From NCBI GenBank assembly GCA_044356215.1, contig JBIKWQ010000030.1, positions 1 to 37,842 of the forward strand: a stretch of DNA of 37,842 nt. Reading direction: 5' to 3'. Shown piece after piece: positions 8,731 to 17,580 of this stretch. The first letter of the stretch is position 1, and every line of letters begins with the position of its first letter. Below the pieces are notes generated by a model. The model ran no database searches. It saw only the letters and a program-made list of their open reading frames with translations, and was not told where the DNA came from. This DNA is from Bdellovibrionota bacterium (lineage in GTDB: Bacteria; Bdellovibrionota_C; UBA2361; OMII01). A program made the position numbers and the translations under genes.

Positions 8731-10532
8731 TTGCTACACCTCAAAATCCATTCGGAGACAGATCCTCTTTAAATCGGAGGATCTTGTCAGCGATAATTTG
8801 CGTCATCTGTTTTTTAATCAGCACAAGCGGCTCGATAGCTCAGAGCACGCTCCGCTCTGAGATAACCCCTAACTCAGGTCACATAGACGACCTCTTTATA
8901 TTTACCGTTACCTACGAGGGGCAGCAGGAGCGTATAGCTCCGCAGATATCTGCCGGCGGAGATTTTCAAGTACAGCTTCTAGGCCCTAAAAGCTCAATAT
9001 CAATTATCAACGGGCAGGTGTTTGTACGTCAGCAATTTGTTTATCAACTCACACCAAAGCGTGAAGGCACCTTGAAGACCCCAGAGGTTCAAGCAACTGT
9101 TGCCGGACAGACTCTTTCCGCGGCGCCGATTGCCGTAACTATTAAGAGCGGCGGCGCCGGGAGCGCGCCTTCTGGATCTCAAGGCACGCAACCTGATCAG
9201 ATCTTTATGAAACAATCAGCCGAGCCGACATCGGCTTTCGTCGGTCAACAGATAGTTAACGCCATAACCGTCTACACGCGGATTAATTTACGTGGGGTTC
9301 GTATCGAGGACGATGCCGCCGATGGATTCTGGCAGGAGACCATCTCAGACGGGAACAATGCCCAGAGGACCGTTAACGGCGTCGAGTACGGATCGGCCCA
9401 GATATTAAGAGCGATCTTTGCCCTCAAGGCAGGGGAACTCAAGATCCCAGCTCGTGAGGCATTAGTTCAAGTACCTGTAACTAAGAAGAGCGACCCACTC
9501 GGCTCCTTTGACCCTTTTAGCGATGATTTTTTTCAGAACTTCTTTCAAAGGACCGTTATTCAAGAGAAGAAGCTCACCTCCAATGAACTTACCGTCTCGA
9601 TCAAGCCCCTACCTCCGATGCCACCTGAGTTGATGAGATTTTCAAGTGGCCTAACGATCGTCGGAGATACCAGTATCTCAGCGGTCTACTCAGATACTCC
9701 GATAAAAGTTGGTGAAACAAAAAACGTATCGATCGTTATTACCAGCTCAGGACACCTAAACCCGCTTAAGTCTCTTCCTCTTAAAGCACCGCCAGGTGTT
9801 AAGATCTACGATGGTCAGACGAAAGTTAAGCACGATCCAGCCACTGGACGATTGACCACCGAGAAAACCTTCACCTACTCCGTTGTCCCCATGCAACCTG
9901 GTGTTTTGCGGGTTCCTGGCGTAAGCATCTCGTATTTTGATCCGGAAAGTACTAGCTATAAATTAGCGACATCCGCTGATATCTCTCTGGTCGTATCGGG
10001 GGCTCCAGCAAATAAACAGCTCTCAGGCTCAGGAGACGTTGATGTTAGCCAGCAACCAGTCGATTCACCCGATTCGATCGGCGAGGCTCCATCCGAACCA
10101 GCTGGTTCTCGTCTCCCATACCTTGATAAAACCACATGGGAATCCCTCAATGAACGGGTAAGCTTACCGCTAGCTCTATTGGTTCTCGCGGCTGCCGTTT
10201 TTGGAGTTGGCGTATTCTGGCTTTGGAGCAAGGGCGCCAGAAGTCTCGGCCCTCGTCATCAGTCTACTAAATTCATACTGCGCGCCCAAGATCTCGACCA
10301 GCTTGAGGGCGGTATACGCAGCTGGGCTCACAGCCGAATGGAAGGATTGCGACCGAATCCAACCTTCGATGAAATACGTTCGGCGATTCGAAATTCAGGA
10401 GCGGACAAAAGCTCCGCCATTTCTCTGGTCGCTATTCTTGACGAGATTGAGATATCACGATACGGCAAGGCCACAGGCCGTGATCTAGCGACTCTGAAAA
10501 AAGAACTGGTAGAGGCACTGCGCCGGTTTTAG
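8724..10532 (+). CDS. batD: BatD-like protein
   Basis: Signal/TM segment, repeated beta-rich units (SIING...YQLTPKREG; YFDP), C-terminal TM; operon position. Confidence 0.88.
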   Translation: MVVATPQNPFGDRSSLNRRILSAIICVICFLISTSGSIAQSTLRSEITPNSGHIDDLFIFTVTYEGQQERIAPQISAGGDFQVQLLGPKSSISIINGQVFVRQQFVYQLTPKREGTLKTPEVQATVAGQTLSAAPIAVTIKSGGAGSAPSGSQGTQPDQIFMKQSAEPTSAFVGQQIVNAITVYTRINLRGVRIEDDAADGFWQETISDGNNAQRTVNGVEYGSAQILRAIFALKAGELKIPAREALVQVPVTKKSDPLGSFDPFSDDFFQNFFQRTVIQEKKLTSNELTVSIKPLPPMPPELMRFSSGLTIVGDTSISAVYSDTPIKVGETKNVSIVITSSGHLNPLKSLPLKAPPGVKIYDGQTKVKHDPATGRLTTEKTFTYSVVPMQPGVLRVPGVSISYFDPESTSYKLATSADISLVVSGAPANKQLSGSGDVDVSQQPVDSPDSIGEAPSEPAGSRLPYLDKTTWESLNERVSLPLALLVLAAAVFGVGVFWLWSKGARSLGPRHQSTKFILRAQDLDQLEGGIRSWAHSRMEGLRPNPTFDEIRSAIRNSGADKSSAISLVAILDEIEISRYGKATGRDLATLKKELVEALRRF

Positions 10533-10536
10533 ATTT

Positions 10537-10704
10537 ATGGCCAGCTTTGACACATGGAGATTAGCCGGCTTCCTAGGAATTTTCGGACTGCTGGCGATGT
10601 ATTTCGGCGCGCCGGTTGGCAGCCGCGAAAGCACTCCCCACCCGAACCAGCCTCTAACTTTACCGACCAGTTCAAGCTCTGCCATGAAACTGGGAGATAT
10701 TTAG
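10537..10704 (+). CDS. small putative membrane protein, 55 aa (not in the ORF track)
   Basis: ATG 4 nt after the batD stop. Translates MASFDTWRLAGFLGIFGLLAMYFGAPVGSRESTPHPNQPLTLPTSSSSAMKLGDI, with one TM-like segment. Confidence 0.4.
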   Translation: MASFDTWRLAGFLGIFGLLAMYFGAPVGSRESTPHPNQPLTLPTSSSSAMKLGDI

Positions 10705-10787
10705 TGTATTGCGGTAAGCCGTAGCCGAAAGGTGACATCCTCCCTCCATAATGTGTATTATGAGCCGGTAAGTTTGTGAGATAGACT

Positions 10788-11822
10788 ATGCCTATTCAAG
10801 CCGATACCCTCGAAGAAACCCTAAATCTAATGCGCAAGAAGCTCTCTAAGGTCGTGCCTGAGGTTGAGTTACGCATCAAGGCAGAGCTTGTGTATGAGAT
10901 AAACCGCCTTAAAAAAGAGCGCGGGGCCCTGATACTCGGCCATAACTACATGGAGCCAGCTCTATTTCACACCGTACCAGACATCGTCGGAGACTCTCTT
11001 GAGCTATCTCGCAAAGCAGCAGAAACAACATGTGACCCGATTATATTTTGCGGAGTACGCTTTATGGCCGAGACCGCAAAGATTTTGAACCCAAAGAGGA
11101 CTGTCCTTCTTCCGGCTAAGGTCGCCGGATGCTCGCTAGCTTCGAGCATAACGGCGGCTGACGTGCGCGCCTTAAAGCAACGCTTCCCTGGTGTTCCAGT
11201 TGTGTCTTACATAAATACCTACGCCGATGTTAAAGCCGAGTCGGATATTATCTGCACATCGGGAAATGCTGTCAGGGTAGTTAATTCACTTAACTCAGAT
11301 AAGGTAATCTTCCTACCTGACCAATTTTTAGCGGCGAATGTAGCTCGCGAGAGTGGCAAGCAGATCCTCTTTCCAAAATCCAATGAAAACGTTGATGGCT
11401 CAAATGTAATGATCGGTTGGCGTGGGGCTTGCGAGGTACACGAGAGATTTACAGTACAAGATATAACTAACATCCGTTCGCAGTTCCCGGGAGTGGCAGT
11501 CTTAGCCCATCCAGAATGCCCTCCTGATGTTGTTGACGCGTCAGATTACTCACAGAGCACATCGAGGATGGTTGAGTTTGTAAAGAACTCCGACGCCCCT
11601 CATTTCCTCTTACTTACCGAATGCAGCATGGCTGATAACATTATAGCGGAAAACCCGACCAAAGATGTTCTTAGACTTTGCAGCATAAGATGCCCGCACA
11701 TGAACGAGATAACGTTGGAGGATACGCTTAACGCTCTAAGAAACAACGAGCAGGAGATTCATGTACCAGAAGAGATCGCCTCGAGAGCCCGTGTGGCGCT
11801 AGAGAGGATGTTATCTGTTTAG
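10788..11822 (+). CDS. nadA: quinolinate synthase A
   Basis: LGHNY, GDSLEL, CGVRFMAE, AGCSLA, YINT, CEVHE, AHPEC, CPHM, including the three Fe-S cysteines. Confidence 0.97.
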   Translation: MPIQADTLEETLNLMRKKLSKVVPEVELRIKAELVYEINRLKKERGALILGHNYMEPALFHTVPDIVGDSLELSRKAAETTCDPIIFCGVRFMAETAKILNPKRTVLLPAKVAGCSLASSITAADVRALKQRFPGVPVVSYINTYADVKAESDIICTSGNAVRVVNSLNSDKVIFLPDQFLAANVARESGKQILFPKSNENVDGSNVMIGWRGACEVHERFTVQDITNIRSQFPGVAVLAHPECPPDVVDASDYSQSTSRMVEFVKNSDAPHFLLLTECSMADNIIAENPTKDVLRLCSIRCPHMNEITLEDTLNALRNNEQEIHVPEEIASRARVALERMLSV

Positions 11823-11942
11823 ATTTGGCTTACGGTAGTTCCATGATGTTTGGCAAGACACATCTGCATCACTCGACTCAACACAACGCTAGCAGTCTTG
11901 AGGAACTGAGGATAAATGTCGTAAGCGACTTACACCACTGTA

Positions 11943-13127
11943 GTGATAATGCAATCAGCCCTCAATCATCAGTTATGGTCGAGATATCAAGTTAATGAGC
12001 CTGCAATGAGCGAGATTATGACAAAATTACTCCTCTCCTTTTTTATCTCAGCAACACTATTCGCGCTCTCAATCTCTCTCGCTAAATCTGAAAATGCGGC
12101 ACCCTCCAAACAAATCAAGGTCGGCGTCTCCACGGCCCTGACCGGAGACGCCGCCGCTTTCGGACTCGATATCAAGAATGCGCTAACGTTAATGAACGAC
12201 CTCAACTCCGCTCGAAAGTACGAGCTTATATTTGAAGACGAGCAGTGCGACAACCGGGCCGCCGTAGCGGCGGCCAAGAGCCTGATCCACATCCATAAGG
12301 TCCGCTACGCGCTTGGCTTCCCTTGCAATAGCACACTTCTGGCTACCGCGGGACTCTACAGCTCAGCCGGAGTTTTTATGGTCACATCCACCTCTACAGG
12401 TGATGTTAGCGATGTAGGACCCGGAATATTTCGCCTTTTCCCATCTGACGTGGGGGGTGCTGAAAGGCTATTTAGCTATCTCGCGCCTCGTCATAAACGA
12501 ATCGGAATCCTAACCGAACAGAACGAGTATCCAGTAATGATGGAGCGAAGTATCCGACTTGCTAATCAACGCGCTAACAACCCCATCGAATTCGTTTCAG
12601 ATGAATTCATCCACGGCGATACAGATCTTAAAACCACTCTCTTAAGGTTAATTAACAAAAAGCCAGAGGGGATCTTTATTAATGTTAATACAGATGATTC
12701 TTTTATATCAGCCGTAAAGCAAATAAAGGCCTCCCACTTCAACGGAGCTCTTTACGCCGTTTATCTACCAGCCTCTTCAGTGGCCAGGCAGGCCCTCGGC
12801 AAAAGCCTAAATGGTTTCATCTTCTCGAACTTGCCACTTGTCGATAACCTAGTAACAGAGAGCGGCAAAGGAATACTAAAAGAATTTCGTCAGCGCTATG
12901 GGGAGCCACGTTCTGGATTTCCAGTAGCTGCCGTTAGCTTTGAAGCTTACCGAATATTTGATCTAGCTATTAACAGCGGCATGGACCCATCTGAATACCT
13001 CAAAAACCGCGAATTCAATGATGGCTTCCTTCCAAGCTACACCTTTGACCGACACGGCGCTGTCCGTGGCATAAACTTCGAGATGCAAACTATTCTAAAT
13101 GATCAAGTCTCGGTCTTGAAAGACTAG
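11943..13127 (+). CDS. LivJ/LivK-like periplasmic ABC substrate-binding protein (true start probably about 12006-12018)
   Basis: Signal peptide, then IKVGVSTALTGDAAAFG, ELIFEDEQCD, IFRLFPSD. No permease genes adjacent. Confidence 0.85.
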   Translation: MIMQSALNHQLWSRYQVNEPAMSEIMTKLLLSFFISATLFALSISLAKSENAAPSKQIKVGVSTALTGDAAAFGLDIKNALTLMNDLNSARKYELIFEDEQCDNRAAVAAAKSLIHIHKVRYALGFPCNSTLLATAGLYSSAGVFMVTSTSTGDVSDVGPGIFRLFPSDVGGAERLFSYLAPRHKRIGILTEQNEYPVMMERSIRLANQRANNPIEFVSDEFIHGDTDLKTTLLRLINKKPEGIFINVNTDDSFISAVKQIKASHFNGALYAVYLPASSVARQALGKSLNGFIFSNLPLVDNLVTESGKGILKEFRQRYGEPRSGFPVAAVSFEAYRIFDLAINSGMDPSEYLKNREFNDGFLPSYTFDRHGAVRGINFEMQTILNDQVSVLKD

Positions 13128-13130
13128 CCC

Positions 13131-13439
13131 CTACTCTCGACACCGCGGCAACAATCGCCGCAACTCAGCCATTACCTGAGCAGCCTGGCGACATACGTAG
13201 GAGGTTCCTGGTGCATCATTCTCACAAGCCAAGCCTGAGAGCGACATAATTTTCAAGTCAGCCCTCAATGAAGCCTCTATATCGCCTCTTGGCTCGTGAT
13301 CCGCTATAAGCCCGCACACTAAGTTATTCAGACGTAGCAGGCGCTCCTGATGGCCACCTGTCACGCCAGTCCATTCAGCAGAATCACGTCGCTTGCTCGT
13401 GCTGTGCAGTAAATCAGATGCCAGACTCATAACAAACAC
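13131..13439 (-). CDS. hypothetical protein (about 100 aa)
   Basis: ORF fills the gap convergent with the binding-protein gene. No family recognised. Confidence 0.5.
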   Translation of the reverse strand: MFVMSLASDLLHSTSKRRDSAEWTGVTGGHQERLLRLNNLVCGLIADHEPRGDIEASLRADLKIMSLSGLACENDAPGTSYVCRQAAQVMAELRRLLPRCRE

Positions 13440-13727
13440 CCCGAATTAGCAGCCAAACTACGGCTGTAGAGAGGATTTATTCCCCCTAGGGACTATTGTT
13501 CGGCCCGTTTAACATCTCTTATTAGCTTCTGTGCCTAAAAGCGGTCCCTTGTTAGGCCAAGAAGCATCTAACTCCCACTAATAATTCCGGATTTACACGG
13601 AGGCGAGCGCCGGCGATAATGTGACCCTGGCGCGCTAACTAATTTTTGGATTAGAGATGCGATTCCGTCCTATAATCAATGAATTAGTTTTCAACGACAT
13701 TGGATATAAAGGCGACCTGTTTTTTTT

Positions 13728-15944
13728 ATGCGCGTAGTTTGTATTCACATACCCAAACAAGCCGTAGACCCTGGGCAAGCTCTGTACATGACTAAGTGGG
13801 ATATGGTGAATCCAAAATTTTTTGAGCAACAGCTCGAAGAGCTCTCCGAAAGTATTTGGGAGCCATTTTCACTCGAAATGTTTCTTAGTGGCCGAACGAT
13901 TTACTTCTGCATGGCGGGTGGCGATGAGATAATCGACGTTCTGATCACAGGAATCTACTCGTGGCTCGGTGATAGCCAGGTTCTCGACATTGAGGATTAC
14001 ACCGAGAAGATCCCAAAAAACTCTATCATATACAGCTCTGAACTTTGGCTAGAAAGAAGCGAAGTTTATCCGATTCAGGACTGGAAGGTGATCAAAGGCG
14101 GCTCGATGGTCCCGATTCTTATGCCTCTTCAACAGATCCCAGACAGCGATTCAGCTCTGGTTCAACTGATAGTGCGACCAATCAGGGATTCAGTTTGGTC
14201 ACAGCTCGATCTAAAGCGCGAGAGGGTCAACGCTAGATTTCGTGACGCCCTTTATCTGCGCAAGTACCTAAAGAAGGACCTATCACTCAACGTCGCGGAG
14301 CTAGTTGATATAAAATGTGCGTCGCGTCTATTCCATACGAGTTATCGTGTTGCCGCGTTTACGACACCTGACTCCAAGCTCAGCGCCCACGACGAAAAGA
14401 TGGCACGTGACCGGATATCTAGTCATGTAAAAACCGTTGCCGATGCGATAAAAGCCTTCGGATTAATTGACTACAACCGGTTCACTACTGGACCACTGGA
14501 ATCCGGAGAGTCGGTTATTAGGAAGATTCAGCAACGTCGATTTAACAAGAGATTTCGTCTTTCAGCAAGGGAGCTCGTGACTCTTTATCACCCACCAACC
14601 TTAGGCGATCTAGCCGCCACTGCCCAGGTTTTGTCGAAAAAAGCGCCGCCACCCCCAGATCTCCCAACTACTCGCAAGGACAACCACGTGGGTGATTTCG
14701 CGCATTCTAACTATCGAGACCAAGAGGTATCTTTTGGACTCCAAAGAACTGACAGAAGACGACATCTCTACATATTGGGAAAATCCGGGACTGGGAAGTC
14801 ATGTCTCCTTCAGTTACTCATCCGTGACGATATGGAGAAAGGATACGGCTGCGCGGTTCTCGATCCTCACGGTGATCTAATTGATGACCTCATTCGTTTA
14901 ATTCCGAAACATCGCCGAGATGATGTAGTGATATTCGATCCGAGCAACCCAAACTTCGCGCCTCGGTTCAATCCCATGGCTCCAGTCCGTCCAGAGCTGA
15001 AGCTGCGTGTCGCTATGAGCTTCATCGATTCTTTCAAGCGTACATTTGGTAACGACTGGTCAGAAGGAATGGACCATGTTCTGAGGTACGCGATTCTTGG
15101 CCTATTAACTATTCCAGGATGCAATCTATCCTCTCTGAGGAGGATGCTTTCTGACGACCGCTTCAGGGGAGAGGTGGTGCGCCAGGCGAGGGACGAGTCG
15201 GTTAAGAGATTTTGGCTTAGGGAATTTACCGCTAGACGAAAGGAGTTTGAGGAGGGTCCGATTTCGCGGTTGTTGAATAGACTCGACGAACTATTAGCGA
15301 CTGAAACAATGCGCGAGATCCTTGGGCAGCCAGACAATATGTTTAACTTCCGCGAGTTTATGGACAACCGGAAGATCGTACTCCTAAAGATATCCAAGGG
15401 AATACTAGGATCTGAGAACGCCTCTCTTTTAGGTTCGATGTTAGTGTGGAAGATCTACGAGGCAGCTATGTCTCGAGCTGACATTCCCGCCGAGAATCGC
15501 CAGGATTTTTATTTCTACGTAGACGAGTTTCAGAACTTCGCCACCGATTCGTTTGGCGAGATATTGAGCGAGGCACGCAAATACAACCTTAGCCTCACAT
15601 TCGCCAATCAATACTTAAATCAACTACCACCACAGATCCGTAAAACGATCTTTGGAAATGTAGCCAATTTTCTCTCTTTCCGAATCGGCGCCGAGGATGC
15701 CGCTAGCGTCGCGGCGGAGTTCTCTCCTGTGTTCTCGGACGGCGATCTAGTCAATTTAGCCATCCGAGATTTTTATCTAAAGATGAGCATCAATGGCCAG
15801 GTGCAGCCGCCATTTTCAGGTCGCACCCTAGATCTGGTTTATCCATCTGAGAGTAAGGAATCCGCGGACGCCGCCATTGAGGAGGCATTCAGGAAGTACT
15901 GCTCTCCAATAGGCGACGTCTCCCGGAAGAGATCCGTGTCATAA
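13728..15944 (+). CDS. VirD4/TraD/TrwB-like (FtsK-HerA superfamily) ATPase
   Basis: DRRRHLYILGKSGTGKS (Walker A), VLDPHGDL, FNPM, FYFYVDEFQNF (Walker B), LSEARKY, ANQYLNQL, IFGNV. Confidence 0.88.
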   Translation: MRVVCIHIPKQAVDPGQALYMTKWDMVNPKFFEQQLEELSESIWEPFSLEMFLSGRTIYFCMAGGDEIIDVLITGIYSWLGDSQVLDIEDYTEKIPKNSIIYSSELWLERSEVYPIQDWKVIKGGSMVPILMPLQQIPDSDSALVQLIVRPIRDSVWSQLDLKRERVNARFRDALYLRKYLKKDLSLNVAELVDIKCASRLFHTSYRVAAFTTPDSKLSAHDEKMARDRISSHVKTVADAIKAFGLIDYNRFTTGPLESGESVIRKIQQRRFNKRFRLSARELVTLYHPPTLGDLAATAQVLSKKAPPPPDLPTTRKDNHVGDFAHSNYRDQEVSFGLQRTDRRRHLYILGKSGTGKSCLLQLLIRDDMEKGYGCAVLDPHGDLIDDLIRLIPKHRRDDVVIFDPSNPNFAPRFNPMAPVRPELKLRVAMSFIDSFKRTFGNDWSEGMDHVLRYAILGLLTIPGCNLSSLRRMLSDDRFRGEVVRQARDESVKRFWLREFTARRKEFEEGPISRLLNRLDELLATETMREILGQPDNMFNFREFMDNRKIVLLKISKGILGSENASLLGSMLVWKIYEAAMSRADIPAENRQDFYFYVDEFQNFATDSFGEILSEARKYNLSLTFANQYLNQLPPQIRKTIFGNVANFLSFRIGAEDAASVAAEFSPVFSDGDLVNLAIRDFYLKMSINGQVQPPFSGRTLDLVYPSESKESADAAIEEAFRKYCSPIGDVSRKRSVS

Positions 15945-16085
15945 AGCCGCGCCGCAGATGCGGGAAGATACTTGCGGTCCGGCTTAATAAGTTATTAACT
16001 TACTGTAACAAATAGAAGATGCGAGGGTAGCTCCCCTCCTCCTTATCCGGCTAGTGCGCCGGTTAAACCCGGTACGTGGGCCCAT

Positions 16086-17564
16086 ATGAGTGACTCAGCT
16101 CCTTTATCCCCTGAATTAAATCAACGGATCTTCGAGTTTGGCTCGGGAGTATTTCGAGACCTAGAGGACTATCAGCTATCCCCTTTAGAGATCCGTTACT
16201 GGAACAACTTGATGATGCAATGGTCGATGTCGCGACCTGACTTTAAGGTGAATCTCTTTCGCTTAGTTGACGTTCTGCCAACTCTGACAACTCCGGAGGC
16301 GATTAGGGAACATGTGCGACTTTACCTGACAGAACCAGCAAATAAGATCCATCCCGCTCTTGGATGGATCATCGGATGGGCCAACAATCGAGTCGGCGGG
16401 TGGTGCGCAGCCAATGCGGTAAAGCTTGGAGTTCACCAGATGGCGAACCTCCTTATCGCTGGTCAAACACCCCAAAAAGCATTACCAGTTCTGAGGAATT
16501 TAAGAAGGCGCGGATTCTCCTTCACCGTTGATCTCTTGGGAGAGTTCTGTGTATGCGAGAGCGAGGCGCTCGATTATCAGCGGCGTTACATGGAGGCCCT
16601 TGAGACATTCGGGCAGGCTCTCCCAAACTCCCCAGAGGGACGGGCCCTTATGAGCGGCCATCCAGGCGAGGCCAGCCCAGTATGCATCTCAGTAAAACTA
16701 ACCGCGCTATATTCTCAAACCGGATCTTTGAATTTTGAACGTAGCGTCGCGGTTCTCTCAGAGAGACTCGGCGAGATAGTCCGCAAGGCGAAAACCCTTG
16801 GCGCGTTAATCTATGTGGACGCTGAGGATTGCGGCAACAACCCGATCATCTACGAAACGTTCAAGCGAGTCTTTAGCTCGAGCGAATTTGCTGATTTCCC
16901 GTATCCGGGTATCGTTATACAGGCTTACGCGCGCGACTCGGCTACTGTAGTCGAGGATATGCTTAACTTCGCCCGCTCGCGTGGCCGTCCGATATCCGTC
17001 AGACTCGTTAAAGGAGCATATTGGGATTACGAACGTGTCATCAGCTCGCAAAACCACTGGGATTTTCCACTATTTGATGAAAAGAGGCTCTCCGATGTTT
17101 CATACGAGAGACTAACACGCATACTTCTAGACAACACTGACATCTGCTTGCCAGCGTTCGGCTCTCACAATATCCGCTCCCTGTCGCACGCATGCTGCTA
17201 CGCGGAGAGTAAGGGCCTAACTCCAAAAGATTTTGAGGTCCAGGTTCTCTACGGAATGGCCGAGCCAATCGCTCAGGCCTTCGCCGATCGTGGGTATCTG
17301 ACCCGGATGTATGTTCCATTAGGAGAGCTTTTGCCAGGCATGGGATACCTAGTTCGCCGCCTACTCGAGAACACCTCAAATGAGTCGTTCTTGCGACACA
17401 CGTTCTTTGAGCATTCTGAGGTGGCTAAACTCTTAAAGGATCCTGACCACTCAGGATTATCGCCCCACGAAGGTACATCTGATCTTAGCGATTTAGCATC
17501 CCCCTCTAATGTAAAGCTAGGTGATGCTGGAGACGACTCGGTTGTTTTAAATCTAGACTACTAG
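16086..17564 (+). CDS. proline dehydrogenase (N-terminal half of a PutA-type enzyme)
   Basis: FKVNLFRLVDVLP, FTVDLLGE, ISVKLTAL, VDAE, VRLVKGAYWDYE, GSHNIRS, EVQVLYGM, YLVRRLLENTSNESF. Confidence 0.93.
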   Translation: MSDSAPLSPELNQRIFEFGSGVFRDLEDYQLSPLEIRYWNNLMMQWSMSRPDFKVNLFRLVDVLPTLTTPEAIREHVRLYLTEPANKIHPALGWIIGWANNRVGGWCAANAVKLGVHQMANLLIAGQTPQKALPVLRNLRRRGFSFTVDLLGEFCVCESEALDYQRRYMEALETFGQALPNSPEGRALMSGHPGEASPVCISVKLTALYSQTGSLNFERSVAVLSERLGEIVRKAKTLGALIYVDAEDCGNNPIIYETFKRVFSSSEFADFPYPGIVIQAYARDSATVVEDMLNFARSRGRPISVRLVKGAYWDYERVISSQNHWDFPLFDEKRLSDVSYERLTRILLDNTDICLPAFGSHNIRSLSHACCYAESKGLTPKDFEVQVLYGMAEPIAQAFADRGYLTRMYVPLGELLPGMGYLVRRLLENTSNESFLRHTFFEHSEVAKLLKDPDHSGLSPHEGTSDLSDLASPSNVKLGDAGDDSVVLNLDY

Positions 17565-17580
17565 GGAAGTAATTGAAATT

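Noticed and set aside
10485..10738. Minus-strand 66-aa and 67-aa ORFs between batD and nadA
   Set aside because: They are antisense within a plus-strand run; the plus-strand 55-aa ORF fits better.
10705..10787. NAD+ (nadA motif) riboswitch suggested by CCGTAG and GCCGAAAGG
   Set aside because: The enclosing stems and conserved internal-loop residues could not be built. An Infernal search would settle it.
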